Below are positions 18,314 through 29,252 of a stretch of DNA of 64,000 bases, piece after piece. The notes beneath the pieces are model-generated. The model was not told the origin of the DNA and ran no database searches. It saw nothing but the letters and a program-made list of their open reading frames with translations. The DNA comes from an uncultured Pseudomonadales bacterium (GTDB taxonomy: Bacteria > Patescibacteriota > Microgenomatia > UBA1400 > CAYXSR01). Position 1 is the stretch's first letter. The number at the start of each line of letters is the position of its first letter. The translations under genes were made by a program, and so were the position numbers. Location: assembly GCA_964430265.1 (NCBI GenBank), contig CAYSEI010000001.1:61574-125573 (forward strand), given 5' to 3'.

Positions 18314-19192
18314 TTAGCCAAGCATTCTGCAAGCTTGAGCCTGGGATACTTCTTTAAAAACAACAGCTGATAACAGGTCTTGGGGGAATAGGTGAGTGCT
18401 GCGGCTAAGCTTTATGCTTGTAAGGATGCAGTCACTGTATGAAGCTTGAGCAATACCAAAATCACCTTCAATACCTTCCTGTGCTGGGAAATAGTCAAAT
18501 CTGTGCGGAGAATCTTTTATAAACTCCAAAACGTTTCTTAAAGTAATATGGTAGTTATTAGTATTTGGTCGTAATTCTGAATCCACTTTTTTAAGATGAG
18601 CTTCTACTTTAGCAAGATCTTTTCTAAGCGTTTGTTCCTCTGTTTGTGGATCTTTTAGATCAGGATGGTTAGAAAAATCAAAAACAACTGGAACATAGTC
18701 AGCCGGAGGTTGGTAGGGATCGGAAAATTGTTTTCCCAGCTCCCAAATTAAACCATCAGCTGGATCAATAATATTAAGAAATTTATCGTCCAACTGAGGA
18801 TGAATTCCTCTTTCTTCAAGAATTTTCTGATATTTTTTAAAATGAAAGTATGGGTTGGGGCTGCCCTGGATAGTGTATTCTGAAAGGTTAGCCATTGCTT
18901 TTGCTACTTTTTCGTCTGTGACAGGGTAAACTATAGGCAAAGCATAGAGCAGGGAAGCTGTTTCAATATATTCCTGTCTTTCAACCATTGCTTCGTAAGT
19001 GGGGTTAGTAGGAACTTCCGGAGTGGGGGTGGGTGTTTTATTCTCATGATTAGAGCAAGCGCCCAAAATTGAAGATAAGCCTAATATGCAGGTATTTCGG
19101 ATAAAAGTTCTTCTGTCCATTCTTGAATCATCTGTTTTGTCCGGTTGATTTAACTCTATTGGTTCTGGTTGAAAAAAGCTTTTTCTTTCCAT
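18314..19192 (-). CDS. Hypothetical lipoprotein with twin-arginine-like motif
   Basis: MDRRTFIR...LSSILGAC, then a PT-rich linker. Confidence 0.7.
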   Translation of the reverse strand: MERKSFFQPEPIELNQPDKTDDSRMDRRTFIRNTCILGLSSILGACSNHENKTPTPTPEVPTNPTYEAMVERQEYIETASLLYALPIVYPVTDEKVAKAMANLSEYTIQGSPNPYFHFKKYQKILEERGIHPQLDDKFLNIIDPADGLIWELGKQFSDPYQPPADYVPVVFDFSNHPDLKDPQTEEQTLRKDLAKVEAHLKKVDSELRPNTNNYHITLRNVLEFIKDSPHRFDYFPAQEGIEGDFGIAQASYSDCILTSIKLSRSTHLFPQDLLSAVVFKEVSQAQACRMLG

Positions 19193-19243
19193 ATGTTTTG
19201 GTATTTTACCATGAATTAAAAAGTAAGGAAATATAACTTGGGT

Positions 19244-20734
19244 TTAATTCTTTAAAATAGCAATTTCATTGATTTGTACAATAGTTTGGTTAAAGTTCAG
19301 GGTATCAGGAATTTTTTCTAAGTTTTCAATTATTGTGTATTTTAATCCGGGTTTGTCTTTTATTGGCTCTTTTCCTAGAAGCCAGCCAATGTAATAGTAG
19401 TTATCTGCAAAATTGTTTTCAAAATGATCATAAGGACCGATTCTTGATAAAGAATACGATTTTTCTCCAGAATCAACCACCACTATTTTCATAATCTTTG
19501 TTTGCAGAGAATAGGGGATATAGTGGGGGTTAAGTGAAACTTCATTCTTTGGAAGGTAATACCATTGCTTGGAAAAATAGAAGTTGGCGGAGACTAAGGA
19601 CAAGAATATGATTATGAATCCCAAAATCCTATTTTTTACAGTAGCTGATAGTTTAAAATTTAAAAGCCAGGATGCTAAAAAAATTTGAGGCAAGGGTAGG
19701 ATAGGAAGGAAATAATGGAGTGGAGGACTGGTGTGAATAAATAAGGCAACAAATGACCAGGCAGTTAAAAAAAGAAGAAATATCTGTATGCTATTTTTTT
19801 CTTTAAATATTTTCTTGATATTGCGATATATAAGAGTAAAGGGTCTTTTATAAATAATTAAGAAACCGGCAAGGATTAAAAGATAAAAGGAAGTAGAAAA
19901 CTGCCAAGGAAAAGTTTTGGGGAAAAATGAAAGTTTTAAAAAGCTTGTAAAACCACCAACAGTATCTGTAAAACTTGCAGAAGTTAGATTGTTCTTAGGG
20001 TATAGATGTAGAAAGCCAGCAATTCTATAAGGAATCCACAAAACAAACTTGGATATCATTTGAAAACCATTAAACACATCATAGATTAATAAAGGTGACA
20101 AAGGAATTAAAAAACCAAGAATAATTTTTTTCCATTTAATGTTTTTTTTTGTAAACCAGAAAACGGACAAAGTTGCCGGTATTAAAACCAAAGCCGTCAA
20201 GTGAAAATTAATAATTATTCCTAATAAGAGTCCCATAATAAAAGCATTTTTATCTTTTTCCAAATAGTTAGCCAAAAACCAGAAATAGAAATATAGAAGA
20301 AAAGGTACTAAGCAGAAAAATCTTGCTGATCGATTAAAATGTATAAATATTGGTGAAACAGCAATAAAAAAAGAAGAGAGTAGAGCTGTTTGTTTATTAA
20401 AAAACCTTTTAACAACAATATAGTTCAAAGGGATCATTGCTGTATAAATTAATGCAAAGAAATAAGCGGGTGCTAGAGGCGTGTAATTGGCAAGTAGCAT
20501 AACAGGAGTCATTAAATAGTAGAAAAGAGGTCCAAAGTGCAACCAAGGATGGGAAGTCGGAGGTCCAATAAAAGGTATCTTTTTATTTTCAATAAAATCT
20601 TTAATTGCTAAATAATTATCACCTTGTTCTGCATTGAAAGACATTATACTAGGAAGCCTATAAAAGCGCAGAAAAGCGGCGAGGGCAGTAATTAAAAGAA
20701 TTAAAATAAAATAAACATTTAATTTCTTCTTCAT
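19244..20734 (-). CDS. ArnT/PMT-family (GT-C) membrane glycosyltransferase
   Basis: FLRFYRL...F.AEQGD, GPPTS...GPLFYY, many TM helices; start codon uncertain. Confidence 0.8.
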   Translation of the reverse strand: MKKKLNVYFILILLITALAAFLRFYRLPSIMSFNAEQGDNYLAIKDFIENKKIPFIGPPTSHPWLHFGPLFYYLMTPVMLLANYTPLAPAYFFALIYTAMIPLNYIVVKRFFNKQTALLSSFFIAVSPIFIHFNRSARFFCLVPFLLYFYFWFLANYLEKDKNAFIMGLLLGIIINFHLTALVLIPATLSVFWFTKKNIKWKKIILGFLIPLSPLLIYDVFNGFQMISKFVLWIPYRIAGFLHLYPKNNLTSASFTDTVGGFTSFLKLSFFPKTFPWQFSTSFYLLILAGFLIIYKRPFTLIYRNIKKIFKEKNSIQIFLLFLTAWSFVALFIHTSPPLHYFLPILPLPQIFLASWLLNFKLSATVKNRILGFIIIFLSLVSANFYFSKQWYYLPKNEVSLNPHYIPYSLQTKIMKIVVVDSGEKSYSLSRIGPYDHFENNFADNYYYIGWLLGKEPIKDKPGLKYTIIENLEKIPDTLNFNQTIVQINEIAILKN

Positions 20735-20956
20735 ACTATAACTAATATTATACACCATGCTTAAAATTAAGAGTAAAGTGCTTTAAAATAGCTAAAATAT
20801 TGTCCGACATAATAAAGTATAAAAAATAACAGATTGTAACAGAATAAATATACGACTAATACATATGGGGGTATATGCTTATACAGTGGGAATGTATTAG
20901 GAAGAGCTAGCTTCTAGATGGAAATTACTTGAAGCTTTTATGCAGTTCTTTTTTTC

Positions 20957-22090
20957 TTAAAGATTTGATTTAAAAAATTTCTCAATTTTATTTGTAGTCT
21001 TTAACCAGGTAAATTTATTAATAACTTTGTTTCGGGCTTTTATTCCTAAATTTTCTATTTGTTTCTTATTTTTCAATAATTTTCTTACAGTTTTTGCAAA
21101 TTTTAAGGGTTCAGATCTTTCAATAAGATAGCCATTTATCTTATGATCTATAATTTCTGAAGGTCCTCCTTCGTTTACTGATATAACTGGAGTTTTACAG
21201 GCCATTGATTCAAGTAAAGATAACCCAAAAGGTTCTTTATAAGCACCGTTTAAATATAAATAAGATTCATTTAGATAATTTATTAATTCGGCATTTTTAG
21301 CTTTTTTAACAAATTTAATTTTGATTTGTTTATTATTTGCAATTTGTTTAATTTGTTTTTCTTGATTTCCTTCATAACCAGCAATAAGGAGTGTTGTAGT
21401 CATATCTGGGTAGTAGTGATTTAAAGTTTGGATAACCCAATGATGGCCTTTTAGAAAAGTGTAAGAACCAATTGATATTAAATACTTTTTATTCTTTTGA
21501 GTTGGTTTATATTTAAAGGAATCAACTCCTAAATATATTGGCTTGGAGTTTCTATTATAAATTCTGTTTATTTGTTCACTTGTATATTTAGAGTTCGTAA
21601 TAATATATTTGGCTTTTCTAGTGTTTAAAAAATCTATATGTTTAATGGGGTATCTATATAATTTTATAAGATTCATTTTAATAAATTTTGCAATTTTTTG
21701 AGTTTGAAATGTAGTTTGTTCGTAAAATTCTCGATTAGGTTCCTGACAAAAGTAAAAAGAAGGAGTTTCAAGATATTGGAGAAGATAGGGAGCTTGGGTT
21801 ACAATACAAGGATTTACAAAAACTAAATCATATTTCTTACTATCAATTTCTTTTGCAATTTTTTTCTGACAAAAACTTAATTCATTTAGTAATTTATATA
21901 AATTTATTTTTTTATTTATCTTATAAGTAAACTTTTTTTCTACTAATTTATCTAAAGTAAAAAAACTATCATTAAATAGGTCTAATGTATAACAATCAAT
22001 TTGGTTATTAAGTGAGAGATTTTCTGTAATTTTAAATAAACTCTTTCTTGCACCTCCAGGAGGTAGATTATGAAAGATTGCTATTTTCAT
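20957..22090 (-). CDS. Glycosyltransferase family 4
   Basis: GGA N-terminal motif; EPFGLSLLESMAC..PVI...GGPSEI. Confidence 0.9.
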   Translation of the reverse strand: MKIAIFHNLPPGGARKSLFKITENLSLNNQIDCYTLDLFNDSFFTLDKLVEKKFTYKINKKINLYKLLNELSFCQKKIAKEIDSKKYDLVFVNPCIVTQAPYLLQYLETPSFYFCQEPNREFYEQTTFQTQKIAKFIKMNLIKLYRYPIKHIDFLNTRKAKYIITNSKYTSEQINRIYNRNSKPIYLGVDSFKYKPTQKNKKYLISIGSYTFLKGHHWVIQTLNHYYPDMTTTLLIAGYEGNQEKQIKQIANNKQIKIKFVKKAKNAELINYLNESYLYLNGAYKEPFGLSLLESMACKTPVISVNEGGPSEIIDHKINGYLIERSEPLKFAKTVRKLLKNKKQIENLGIKARNKVINKFTWLKTTNKIEKFFKSNL

Positions 22091-23208
22091 TTAATTTTTT
22101 TATAAAATTGAATTAATTTTTGTGTACTTTTTTGCCAAGAAAATTTTTGTGAATGTTTATTGCCAGATTCAACATAATGATTTTTTTGTTTTGAGGAGAC
22201 TATGATTGTTTTCATAGAGTTAATTATTTCATTTGTACTTTTGGGATTTATTTTTATTGCTGAATCATTTGCGGCTTCCTCAATTCCTCCAGCATTTTTA
22301 GATGTAATTACTGGTGTATTCGATGACATAGCCTCAATAATTGGAATTCCAAAACCTTCATATAAAGAAGGATAAAGTAATGCTTCTGCACTTGAATAAA
22401 GCTTTGCTAATTCCTTTTCTTTTATATTTTTCAGGAAAATTAAATTTTTATATTTATTATCTAATTTTTGGTTTTTTCCTAGTATTACAAGCTGGAACTT
22501 ATTTTTATATAATTCATTAAACTTTAGAAATGCTTTTATTATTCTTAAGGAGTTTTTTCGAGGGGATAGTTCATAAAAAGAAAGAAAAAAATCCTTATTA
22601 ATGCCAAATTGATTTTTTATTTCTTTTTTATTTTTATCTGAGTATGGTTTAAAAATATTAGAATCAACACCTGGCTTTATGACCTCAATGATTCCTTTAT
22701 ATTTTGTTTTTTTAAGAATCTCATTTTTTGTTGAATTGGACTCAACAACTAAATATTTACAACTGTTTTCTACTCTTTTTAATTTTTCTTTATGTAGTTT
22801 ATAATTAGATTTTGATGTCCAGCTTGGATAATCGAGAAAATTCAAATCATGTATTGTAGCAATTCCTTTAATATTCCTAAGGGGAGGATGATAGACCCCA
22901 AAAGAGTGAAAAATATCGGTGTTTCTTATTAAGCAATCAATAAAAGGATAATTTAGCTTTTGCCAAATTAAAAGAACATCATTAGTTATTTTACTAGGTA
23001 AGGGAATTATTATCTTCTTAGGTTGTTTAAAGTTAGACTCCAAAAAACTAATGAAGTTTTTATGTGTTTTTATTGGACAATAGGAGAATAATGTAAGTTT
23101 AATATTAGGATCTATATCTAAGTTTTTAAGAATATAATAAGTGTATTTTGAAGACCCACTATTGATGCCATTTATTAAAGTTGAAACATCTATTGTAATT
23201 TTGAGCAT
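22087..23208 (-). CDS. Glycosyltransferase family 4 (WbaZ/MtfB-like)
   Basis: TIHDL, PRKN, YPSLYEGFGIPIIEAMS, FSW. Confidence 0.9.
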   Translation of the reverse strand: MLKITIDVSTLINGINSGSSKYTYYILKNLDIDPNIKLTLFSYCPIKTHKNFISFLESNFKQPKKIIIPLPSKITNDVLLIWQKLNYPFIDCLIRNTDIFHSFGVYHPPLRNIKGIATIHDLNFLDYPSWTSKSNYKLHKEKLKRVENSCKYLVVESNSTKNEILKKTKYKGIIEVIKPGVDSNIFKPYSDKNKKEIKNQFGINKDFFLSFYELSPRKNSLRIIKAFLKFNELYKNKFQLVILGKNQKLDNKYKNLIFLKNIKEKELAKLYSSAEALLYPSLYEGFGIPIIEAMSSNTPVITSKNAGGIEEAANDSAIKINPKSTNEIINSMKTIIVSSKQKNHYVESGNKHSQKFSWQKSTQKLIQFYKKIK

Positions 23209-23250
23209 AGTTTATTATAAATGATTATAATTAATAAAATAAATTAATAG

Positions 23251-25818
23251 TTGAGCAAAACTCTAAACCTAGTTAGAAATATCTTAATTCTAAATTTTAG
23301 TTTATTTTTTCTTTTTTGTCCTAAGTCGTGCAGAGCTAATGAAACTGTTTTTTTTGAAGAAAATTTTAATTCTTCAACTTCTGACTTTATGTTTTCTAGT
23401 AAGTGGGATGTTTATTCTAATTTGGGTACCATATATATTAATGAAGGTAATATAAAATTAGATTCGTTTTCTTATTCATTTCCATTTGTTAAAACAAAAA
23501 TTAATCCATTTCCAGAAGAAGATTTTGTTTTAGAAATGAAGCTTAAATATTTAAGATCAGCTAATTGGGGAACAGGTATTTCTATTGGTACAGAGGCACC
23601 ATATAATGGAATTAGCCAAGAAGAGCTTTTAGATCTTGGAAATGATGTACAAATGTTTTTTATTTGGCAAGATGATCATAGAGATTTCCATGTTTCCTCA
23701 AGAAATTGTTATCAGTGTAACCCAGAAGTAACTGACTATCTCAATTGGGAGGAATCAGTAAATGAAGATTTATTTTTGAACATTATGTACATTGATGGAT
23801 ACTATGAAGTTATTTTGAATGATGTTTCCTACTTCAGAAGTTCACAAGCTGTAGTAAAAAAGCCATCTGTTATTTGGTTTGGAAATCCAATTTCGATAAC
23901 TACTGATGGGTCTCCATGGACAAGCTTTGAAATAGACTATATTAGAGTCAAAACTTCTGGATATACGCATCCAGTAATTCTTCTTCCCGGACATGGTGGG
24001 TCTTGGTGTTGGGATGGTTTAATACTGGGAAAAGAATGTAATGAGTGGAAGCAGACACCATTTGTTCATGTTTATGATAATTTTAGAAGTTCAATGTTAA
24101 ATGCAGGATATACAGAGGGAGTAGACTATTATGAATTCTATTATGATTGGAGGGATCATTTGGATAATCTTGCTGCAGATTTGGATACATATATAGATAG
24201 TACTGTTTTAAATGGAAGTCAGGATAATACAAAAGTTAAGCTTGTTGGGCATTCAATGGGAGGATTGGTATCTCGCACATATGCACAAAATTATGGAACT
24301 GAAAAGCTAGAAAAAGTTGTAACCGTAGGTTCTCCCCATAAAGGCGCATTAGCGGCCTACAGAGGATGGGAAGGAGGAGAAACGACTGAATATCCTTCGT
24401 GGCGCAATGTAGCTTTTGAGATTTTAGTGCAAATTCATAAAGATTTTTTTGAAAATCGTATGAAAGCAGTGCGTGAACTTGCTCCGTCCACAAAAGAAAT
24501 GATTCCAATATTTGATTTTCTTAAAGAAAATGACGGAACTATAAAAAAATCGGATTCTCTGATTCATACTAATAATTTCCTAATCAATCTTCAGGAAAGT
24601 ATGGATGGAACTTTAAAAAGTATTATGGCTACAGTCAATGGAAGGGGAGAGAATTCTGTTGAATATTATGTAATTAAGGATAGAAATGTCTTAGATAAAC
24701 TTATGGGTAGATGGGAAGATGGAAGAGTTGAAACTCGGGAAATGACAGATGAGGGTGACGGAACTGTTTTAACAAAAGGAGCGGAAATAGAGGTAGTTAA
24801 TACTGAAACTTTAGATATGGGTCATACAGAATTAATTGAAACATATGAAGGATTGGAGAAGATATTTAATGCTTTAAACATTAATGTTACTCCTAATATA
24901 GTGAGTGTGCCAAGTCCAATTGAAGATGCTTTAGTATTTATCATCCGCTCACCAGCAAAATTAAGAATAACTGCATCTGATGGAGAACAAGCAGGCTATG
25001 GAATAGATAATCCAATTTCTGGAAGTGAATATTATGAAGAAGAGGGTATTGTAATAATTCATCAATTGCAGGAAGGTGATTATAAAGTGGAAGTGATTCC
25101 CACTGGGAGCGGAGAATACCACTTGGATATTGGCAAAATTAAACAAGAAATAAGTGATTGGAAGACATTTAAAGGACAGATTGATGATTTAGAACAAAAA
25201 GATGAATATAATTTCGTATTTTCGTCGGGTAGTGAAGAGGTTGTGCTTGACACCCCCAAAGATGGTGTAAATTATGTTCAATTATCAATAATTAAACTTA
25301 ATCATCTTGAAAATTATATTCGCAATAACGTTGAAGAACCCCAAAAAGACCAGTTTATATGGCATATTAATATAATGTTAGAATATTTACAGGCGCTTAA
25401 AGAAAATGAAATTGAGTACAAATATACATACAATACCATGAAACAATCTTTTTTACTACGAAGAAAACTCGAAAATATAGAAAATGAGCAAAATCGTGTT
25501 TATTGTAAAAATCAAGTTGATGAAGTTATCAAATACTTAAAATATGTGTTGATCAATCGACTCCAACAAAACATATCAAACCCTAATATTCAGAAAATTG
25601 ATAATTTTTATTATGCAAATAATAATACAATTGATGATTTAGAAGATGATTTGGAAATTGAAGCAGAAAAAGGACCTAATAATGTATTAGCAAGCTTATA
25701 TAAATCAATTTTGAAAAGTAAGGAAACGGCAGAGAATACAGAAAGCTTTGAAAAATGGGCGGAGATTTTTTCTAATCGCTTCTACCTCTGGAGTCTTTTG
25801 AGTTTATTAAGTAATTAA
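23251..25818 (+). CDS. Secreted alpha/beta hydrolase (LCAT/PGAP1-like lipase) with N-terminal beta-sandwich
   Basis: PVILLPGHGGS, YDWR, GHSMGG, GSPHKG, GDGTV, H. Confidence 0.8.
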   Translation: MSKTLNLVRNILILNFSLFFLFCPKSCRANETVFFEENFNSSTSDFMFSSKWDVYSNLGTIYINEGNIKLDSFSYSFPFVKTKINPFPEEDFVLEMKLKYLRSANWGTGISIGTEAPYNGISQEELLDLGNDVQMFFIWQDDHRDFHVSSRNCYQCNPEVTDYLNWEESVNEDLFLNIMYIDGYYEVILNDVSYFRSSQAVVKKPSVIWFGNPISITTDGSPWTSFEIDYIRVKTSGYTHPVILLPGHGGSWCWDGLILGKECNEWKQTPFVHVYDNFRSSMLNAGYTEGVDYYEFYYDWRDHLDNLAADLDTYIDSTVLNGSQDNTKVKLVGHSMGGLVSRTYAQNYGTEKLEKVVTVGSPHKGALAAYRGWEGGETTEYPSWRNVAFEILVQIHKDFFENRMKAVRELAPSTKEMIPIFDFLKENDGTIKKSDSLIHTNNFLINLQESMDGTLKSIMATVNGRGENSVEYYVIKDRNVLDKLMGRWEDGRVETREMTDEGDGTVLTKGAEIEVVNTETLDMGHTELIETYEGLEKIFNALNINVTPNIVSVPSPIEDALVFIIRSPAKLRITASDGEQAGYGIDNPISGSEYYEEEGIVIIHQLQEGDYKVEVIPTGSGEYHLDIGKIKQEISDWKTFKGQIDDLEQKDEYNFVFSSGSEEVVLDTPKDGVNYVQLSIIKLNHLENYIRNNVEEPQKDQFIWHINIMLEYLQALKENEIEYKYTYNTMKQSFLLRRKLENIENEQNRVYCKNQVDEVIKYLKYVLINRLQQNISNPNIQKIDNFYYANNNTIDDLEDDLEIEAEKGPNNVLASLYKSILKSKETAENTESFEKWAEIFSNRFYLWSLLSLLSN

Positions 25819-25831
25819 AGCAGAAAATTTC

Positions 25832-26947
25832 TTAAGTTAGAATTTTACCTTCTTTTAAAACAATTTTGTTGTCAACTTTAATAATTGAACCGTCCAAACG
25901 CATGTCTTTGACAATATCCCAATGTATTGCAGATTCGTTTTCCCCGCCGCCGCGTTTTTCTTTATAAGCTCGTCCAAGTGCCATATGAATGGTTCCACCA
26001 ATTTTTTCATCAAAAAGAGTATTTTTCATTACCTGGTAAATTTCGTAGTTGGCACCAATAGCAAACTCACCTATATATCTTGCACCTTCATCAGTATCAA
26101 GAGCCTTTTCAAGTGCTTTTTGTCCTTTACTGGCTTTGGCTTCCACGACTTTACCTTTTTTAAATTTTAAATATACACCTTCAACATCTCGGCCAAACCT
26201 TCTTGTTGGCAAGTCAAAAAATATTTCTCCTTCTAGGGTATTTTTAATTGGAGCAAGAAAAACTTCTCCGTCTGGAATATTTCTTTCTCCATAGCAGGCA
26301 AGTGCAAGCCTGTCTTTGATGGAAAAAGCCAATTTTGTCTTTTTCCCAAAGACCTCAACTCTTTTTCCCTTATCAAGGATCTTTTCGATTTTTTTCAACT
26401 TTTTTTTCATTTTGTTGTAGTCAATAATGCAAGCATTATAGTAAAAATCAAGGAGCCAGTCATAAGAAACTCCAGCATCCTGAGCCATTGATGGGGTTGG
26501 ATAGACTGTTAAAATCCAACGGTCAGAATCAATCATTTTGTCAATTAGAGGTTTCATTATTTTTTGTCTGGTAGTTAACTTTTCCGGCTTGATTTGAGCT
26601 AATTCCTTAGAATTACTAATTGAAGCAAGTCGGATAAAAGCATCTGCCCATTCAATCCGTGCATTGATAACATTTTCCGGGATTTGTTTTAACTGCCAAT
26701 CATTTGCAAGTTTGTAAAATTGATAGGCAAAGCCGCCTACTGAGCTTCTTCCAACAGTCATATCTAATTCACCAATATCAATAACAGGATACAGCCCCTT
26801 TTTAAGGCATTCAATATATGTGGCCTTTGCCAAAGAAAAAGCAGAAGAATCAGATACTGTAATTAATACTTTTTCCTTTTCTTTTAAATTAAGGGAGTGA
26901 TTAATAAATATTTTAGCCAGCTGGTGATCTTTAGGATGGGGAAGCAT
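25832..26947 (-). CDS. Aminopeptidase, M29 (AmpS/AmpT) family
   Basis: NIPDGEVF, GEFAIG, LFDEKIGGTIHMALG, SAIHWD. Confidence 0.92.
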   Translation of the reverse strand: MLPHPKDHQLAKIFINHSLNLKEKEKVLITVSDSSAFSLAKATYIECLKKGLYPVIDIGELDMTVGRSSVGGFAYQFYKLANDWQLKQIPENVINARIEWADAFIRLASISNSKELAQIKPEKLTTRQKIMKPLIDKMIDSDRWILTVYPTPSMAQDAGVSYDWLLDFYYNACIIDYNKMKKKLKKIEKILDKGKRVEVFGKKTKLAFSIKDRLALACYGERNIPDGEVFLAPIKNTLEGEIFFDLPTRRFGRDVEGVYLKFKKGKVVEAKASKGQKALEKALDTDEGARYIGEFAIGANYEIYQVMKNTLFDEKIGGTIHMALGRAYKEKRGGGENESAIHWDIVKDMRLDGSIIKVDNKIVLKEGKILT

Positions 26948-26948
26948 C

Positions 26949-27749
26949 TTAAAAAGTTTCGTAGCTTAAAGTAATAGTAATAGAATAATCTGTTGATCCG
27001 GGCTGGATGTCTGTTGGTTCCCTGTCCATTTCTCCTGCTCCAGCAGGTGCCATTAATTCTCTTTGCAAAAAATAGTTGGGTGTATCAAGGTTTTCTTTGA
27101 CGTTTATAACATTACCCAATTTTAGTCCAGACAGTTTAGCTAGTTCATTTGCTTTGTCTTTGGCTTTGTCGATTGCTTGTTTTCTCAAATCTTTTCTCAG
27201 TTCCTCTTTTTTCTCTTCACTGAGTAAAAAGCTGATTCCGCCTACTTGATTAGCTCCAAGACTAGTAGCAGTATCAATTGTGTTGTTCATTTTTTCAAAG
27301 TCTGAAAGAGTAATTTGCAGATTTGAAGAAGCAGTATATCCAGTTACAGTTCTAGTGTCTCTGCTGTAATCATATTTAGGTCGAATATTGTAGTTTCTGG
27401 TTTTGATATTCTCTTCTTTTACTCCCAGATTTTTAAGTTCATTTGTAATATTATTAATAGTTTGATTTAGTTCATCTTGTGCTTGAGAAACTGTTGCTCT
27501 GTCAATTGTCATTCCCAAAGAAACTCTTGCCTGATCCGGAGTAGTGCTGACTTCAGCTGTCTCTGTTACCTGAAAAGTGTTTTCTTTGTCCACTGAGGTT
27601 TGTTTTACTTGAATTGGAACTGGTCCGGAAATTTTAAATAGCAAGGCGGCTGCAAAAAAAGTTGTCAAAATGGAAGCAAATATTGTTGCAAAAGGGGTTG
27701 AAAGATATTTTTCCAAAAAAGTTTTTTTATCTGTTGAAATTTCTACCAT
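26949..27749 (-). CDS. SIMPL (DUF541) domain protein
   Basis: PDQA...I.T....I.P.Y...GY...GAN...AK.KA..LA...G..LG. Confidence 0.88.
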   Translation of the reverse strand: MVEISTDKKTFLEKYLSTPFATIFASILTTFFAAALLFKISGPVPIQVKQTSVDKENTFQVTETAEVSTTPDQARVSLGMTIDRATVSQAQDELNQTINNITNELKNLGVKEENIKTRNYNIRPKYDYSRDTRTVTGYTASSNLQITLSDFEKMNNTIDTATSLGANQVGGISFLLSEEKKEELRKDLRKQAIDKAKDKANELAKLSGLKLGNVINVKENLDTPNYFLQRELMAPAGAGEMDREPTDIQPGSTDYSITITLSYETF

Positions 27750-27820
27750 TATAAACCTCCGGAAATAATTTGTTGTTATTTTAACTATAAATCTATTTTA
27801 ATTGTAAAGCTATTTATCCG

Positions 27821-29152
27821 CTAATTCAATATCTCAACAAAAGAGTTTGCCAAATTCCAAATTTTTATATTTTTTGGAAGTTTAATCTTTTTGCCTTTAT
27901 ATATAAAAATACCAATAGGATCAGCATTGTGTTTCCCTATTTGCGGCGGGTTGTTTTTAGTAAAAAGTTTCTCTGCAAAAAGATCAGGATCAACTATAAA
28001 TTCTTTATTTGCCAGAAAAACAACATCTGGAACGTTGGGATTCTTGTTTGATCGGGAATAAACTTCCTGTTTTGTTTTTACCCATTTAAAAACTTTTTTG
28101 TTATTATGTTTAAGTTTTTTTAAAGCTTTAATAATCGGGAGGATTTTTGTTTTGTCTTTAACAAATATGCCGTTTTGGAAAGGCTGAACATCAAGAATTT
28201 CTGAATGTTTTTTTTCTTGCTTTTTAATATAGTTATCTCTTTGTTTTTTTAGCTTTTTAAAAACAGCTAGGTTTTTTACAAGTCTCCAACCCATTTTTGC
28301 CAGGCCAATAAACGGACAGCAGGTTTTTGTTGTTTGGGGCATTAGTTTTTGTTTTTGTAAATATGGAGTAATGTAAAAGCGGGTTTTAGGTGTTGCATGA
28401 AAACCGTGGTCAGATATTACAAAAAAGTGTAGTTTATCCTCATATTTATTTTTAAACAACCGGTAGATGTTTTCTAAGTATTTATCTAGTTTTTTGTACA
28501 CCTGCAAAGTTTGCTTTTTTTTCCAAAAAATATGCTGGACAGTATCGGTTGCCCTAAAAAGTGCAAAAAAGAAATCCCAATCTTTAAAGTCGGCAAGCTT
28601 TTTAATTGCCAAATATCTTTTTTCTGCTACATCCAATATTTGTTTATAGATTTGTTCTTTTTTTTGCAAAATTTGTTCTTCCGCCCCAAAGAGTCCGTAT
28701 TTTTCCATTTCCACATCCACTTTGTAACCAATTTTTTCAAGCATTTTTTGTATTTCAGGATGGTTGCAAAAATCCCTACCAGGTGGTGTAAGAAGGGAGG
28801 AAATAATGATGCCTTTTGCTTTTGGGAGCGGATAGGCAAGGGGAAGGTTAATAAAACAATACTCTTTATTTTCCTTTTCCATTTTTTTCCAGAATCTATC
28901 TATTTTTAAAGAAGAACTGTCAACAATTTTATTATTTCTGGTTTTAAAACCCCAGATTCCATGTTCTCCGGGTGATTTGCCCGTCTGAAATGAAGCCCAT
29001 GCCGGGGCAGTCATAGCCGGTATAGTGCTTTGGAGATTAGAGTAAATTCCTTGTTTTTTCAGTTTATTTAAAAAGGGAAGTTTGTCCAGCCATGGATCAA
29101 GAATATTCCAGGTTGCACCGTCAAGACCGATGACAATTACTTTATTATTCAT
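27821..29152 (-). CDS. Alkaline phosphatase superfamily / nucleotide pyrophosphatase-phosphodiesterase
   Basis: IGLDGA, STIPAMTAPAW..F.TGK.PG.HG, D.VQH, SDHGF. Confidence 0.88.
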   Translation of the reverse strand: MNNKVIVIGLDGATWNILDPWLDKLPFLNKLKKQGIYSNLQSTIPAMTAPAWASFQTGKSPGEHGIWGFKTRNNKIVDSSSLKIDRFWKKMEKENKEYCFINLPLAYPLPKAKGIIISSLLTPPGRDFCNHPEIQKMLEKIGYKVDVEMEKYGLFGAEEQILQKKEQIYKQILDVAEKRYLAIKKLADFKDWDFFFALFRATDTVQHIFWKKKQTLQVYKKLDKYLENIYRLFKNKYEDKLHFFVISDHGFHATPKTRFYITPYLQKQKLMPQTTKTCCPFIGLAKMGWRLVKNLAVFKKLKKQRDNYIKKQEKKHSEILDVQPFQNGIFVKDKTKILPIIKALKKLKHNNKKVFKWVKTKQEVYSRSNKNPNVPDVVFLANKEFIVDPDLFAEKLFTKNNPPQIGKHNADPIGIFIYKGKKIKLPKNIKIWNLANSFVEILN

Positions 29153-29214
29153 AAATGTATTTTATACTAATTTATAGTTATTTTAAAATAAGAAATACAC
29201 TAATTAAGTAAGTA

Positions 29215-29250
29215 TTGACAAATCAAGTAAGATAAATTAAAATAATCTTA
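29215..29250 (+). promoter_or_regulatory. TA operon promoter with palindromic operator
   Basis: TTGACA(29215)-17 nt-TAAAAT(29238); TAAGAT(29228)/ATCTTA(29245) inverted repeat flanks the -10 box. Confidence 0.65.
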
Positions 29251-29252
29251 TT

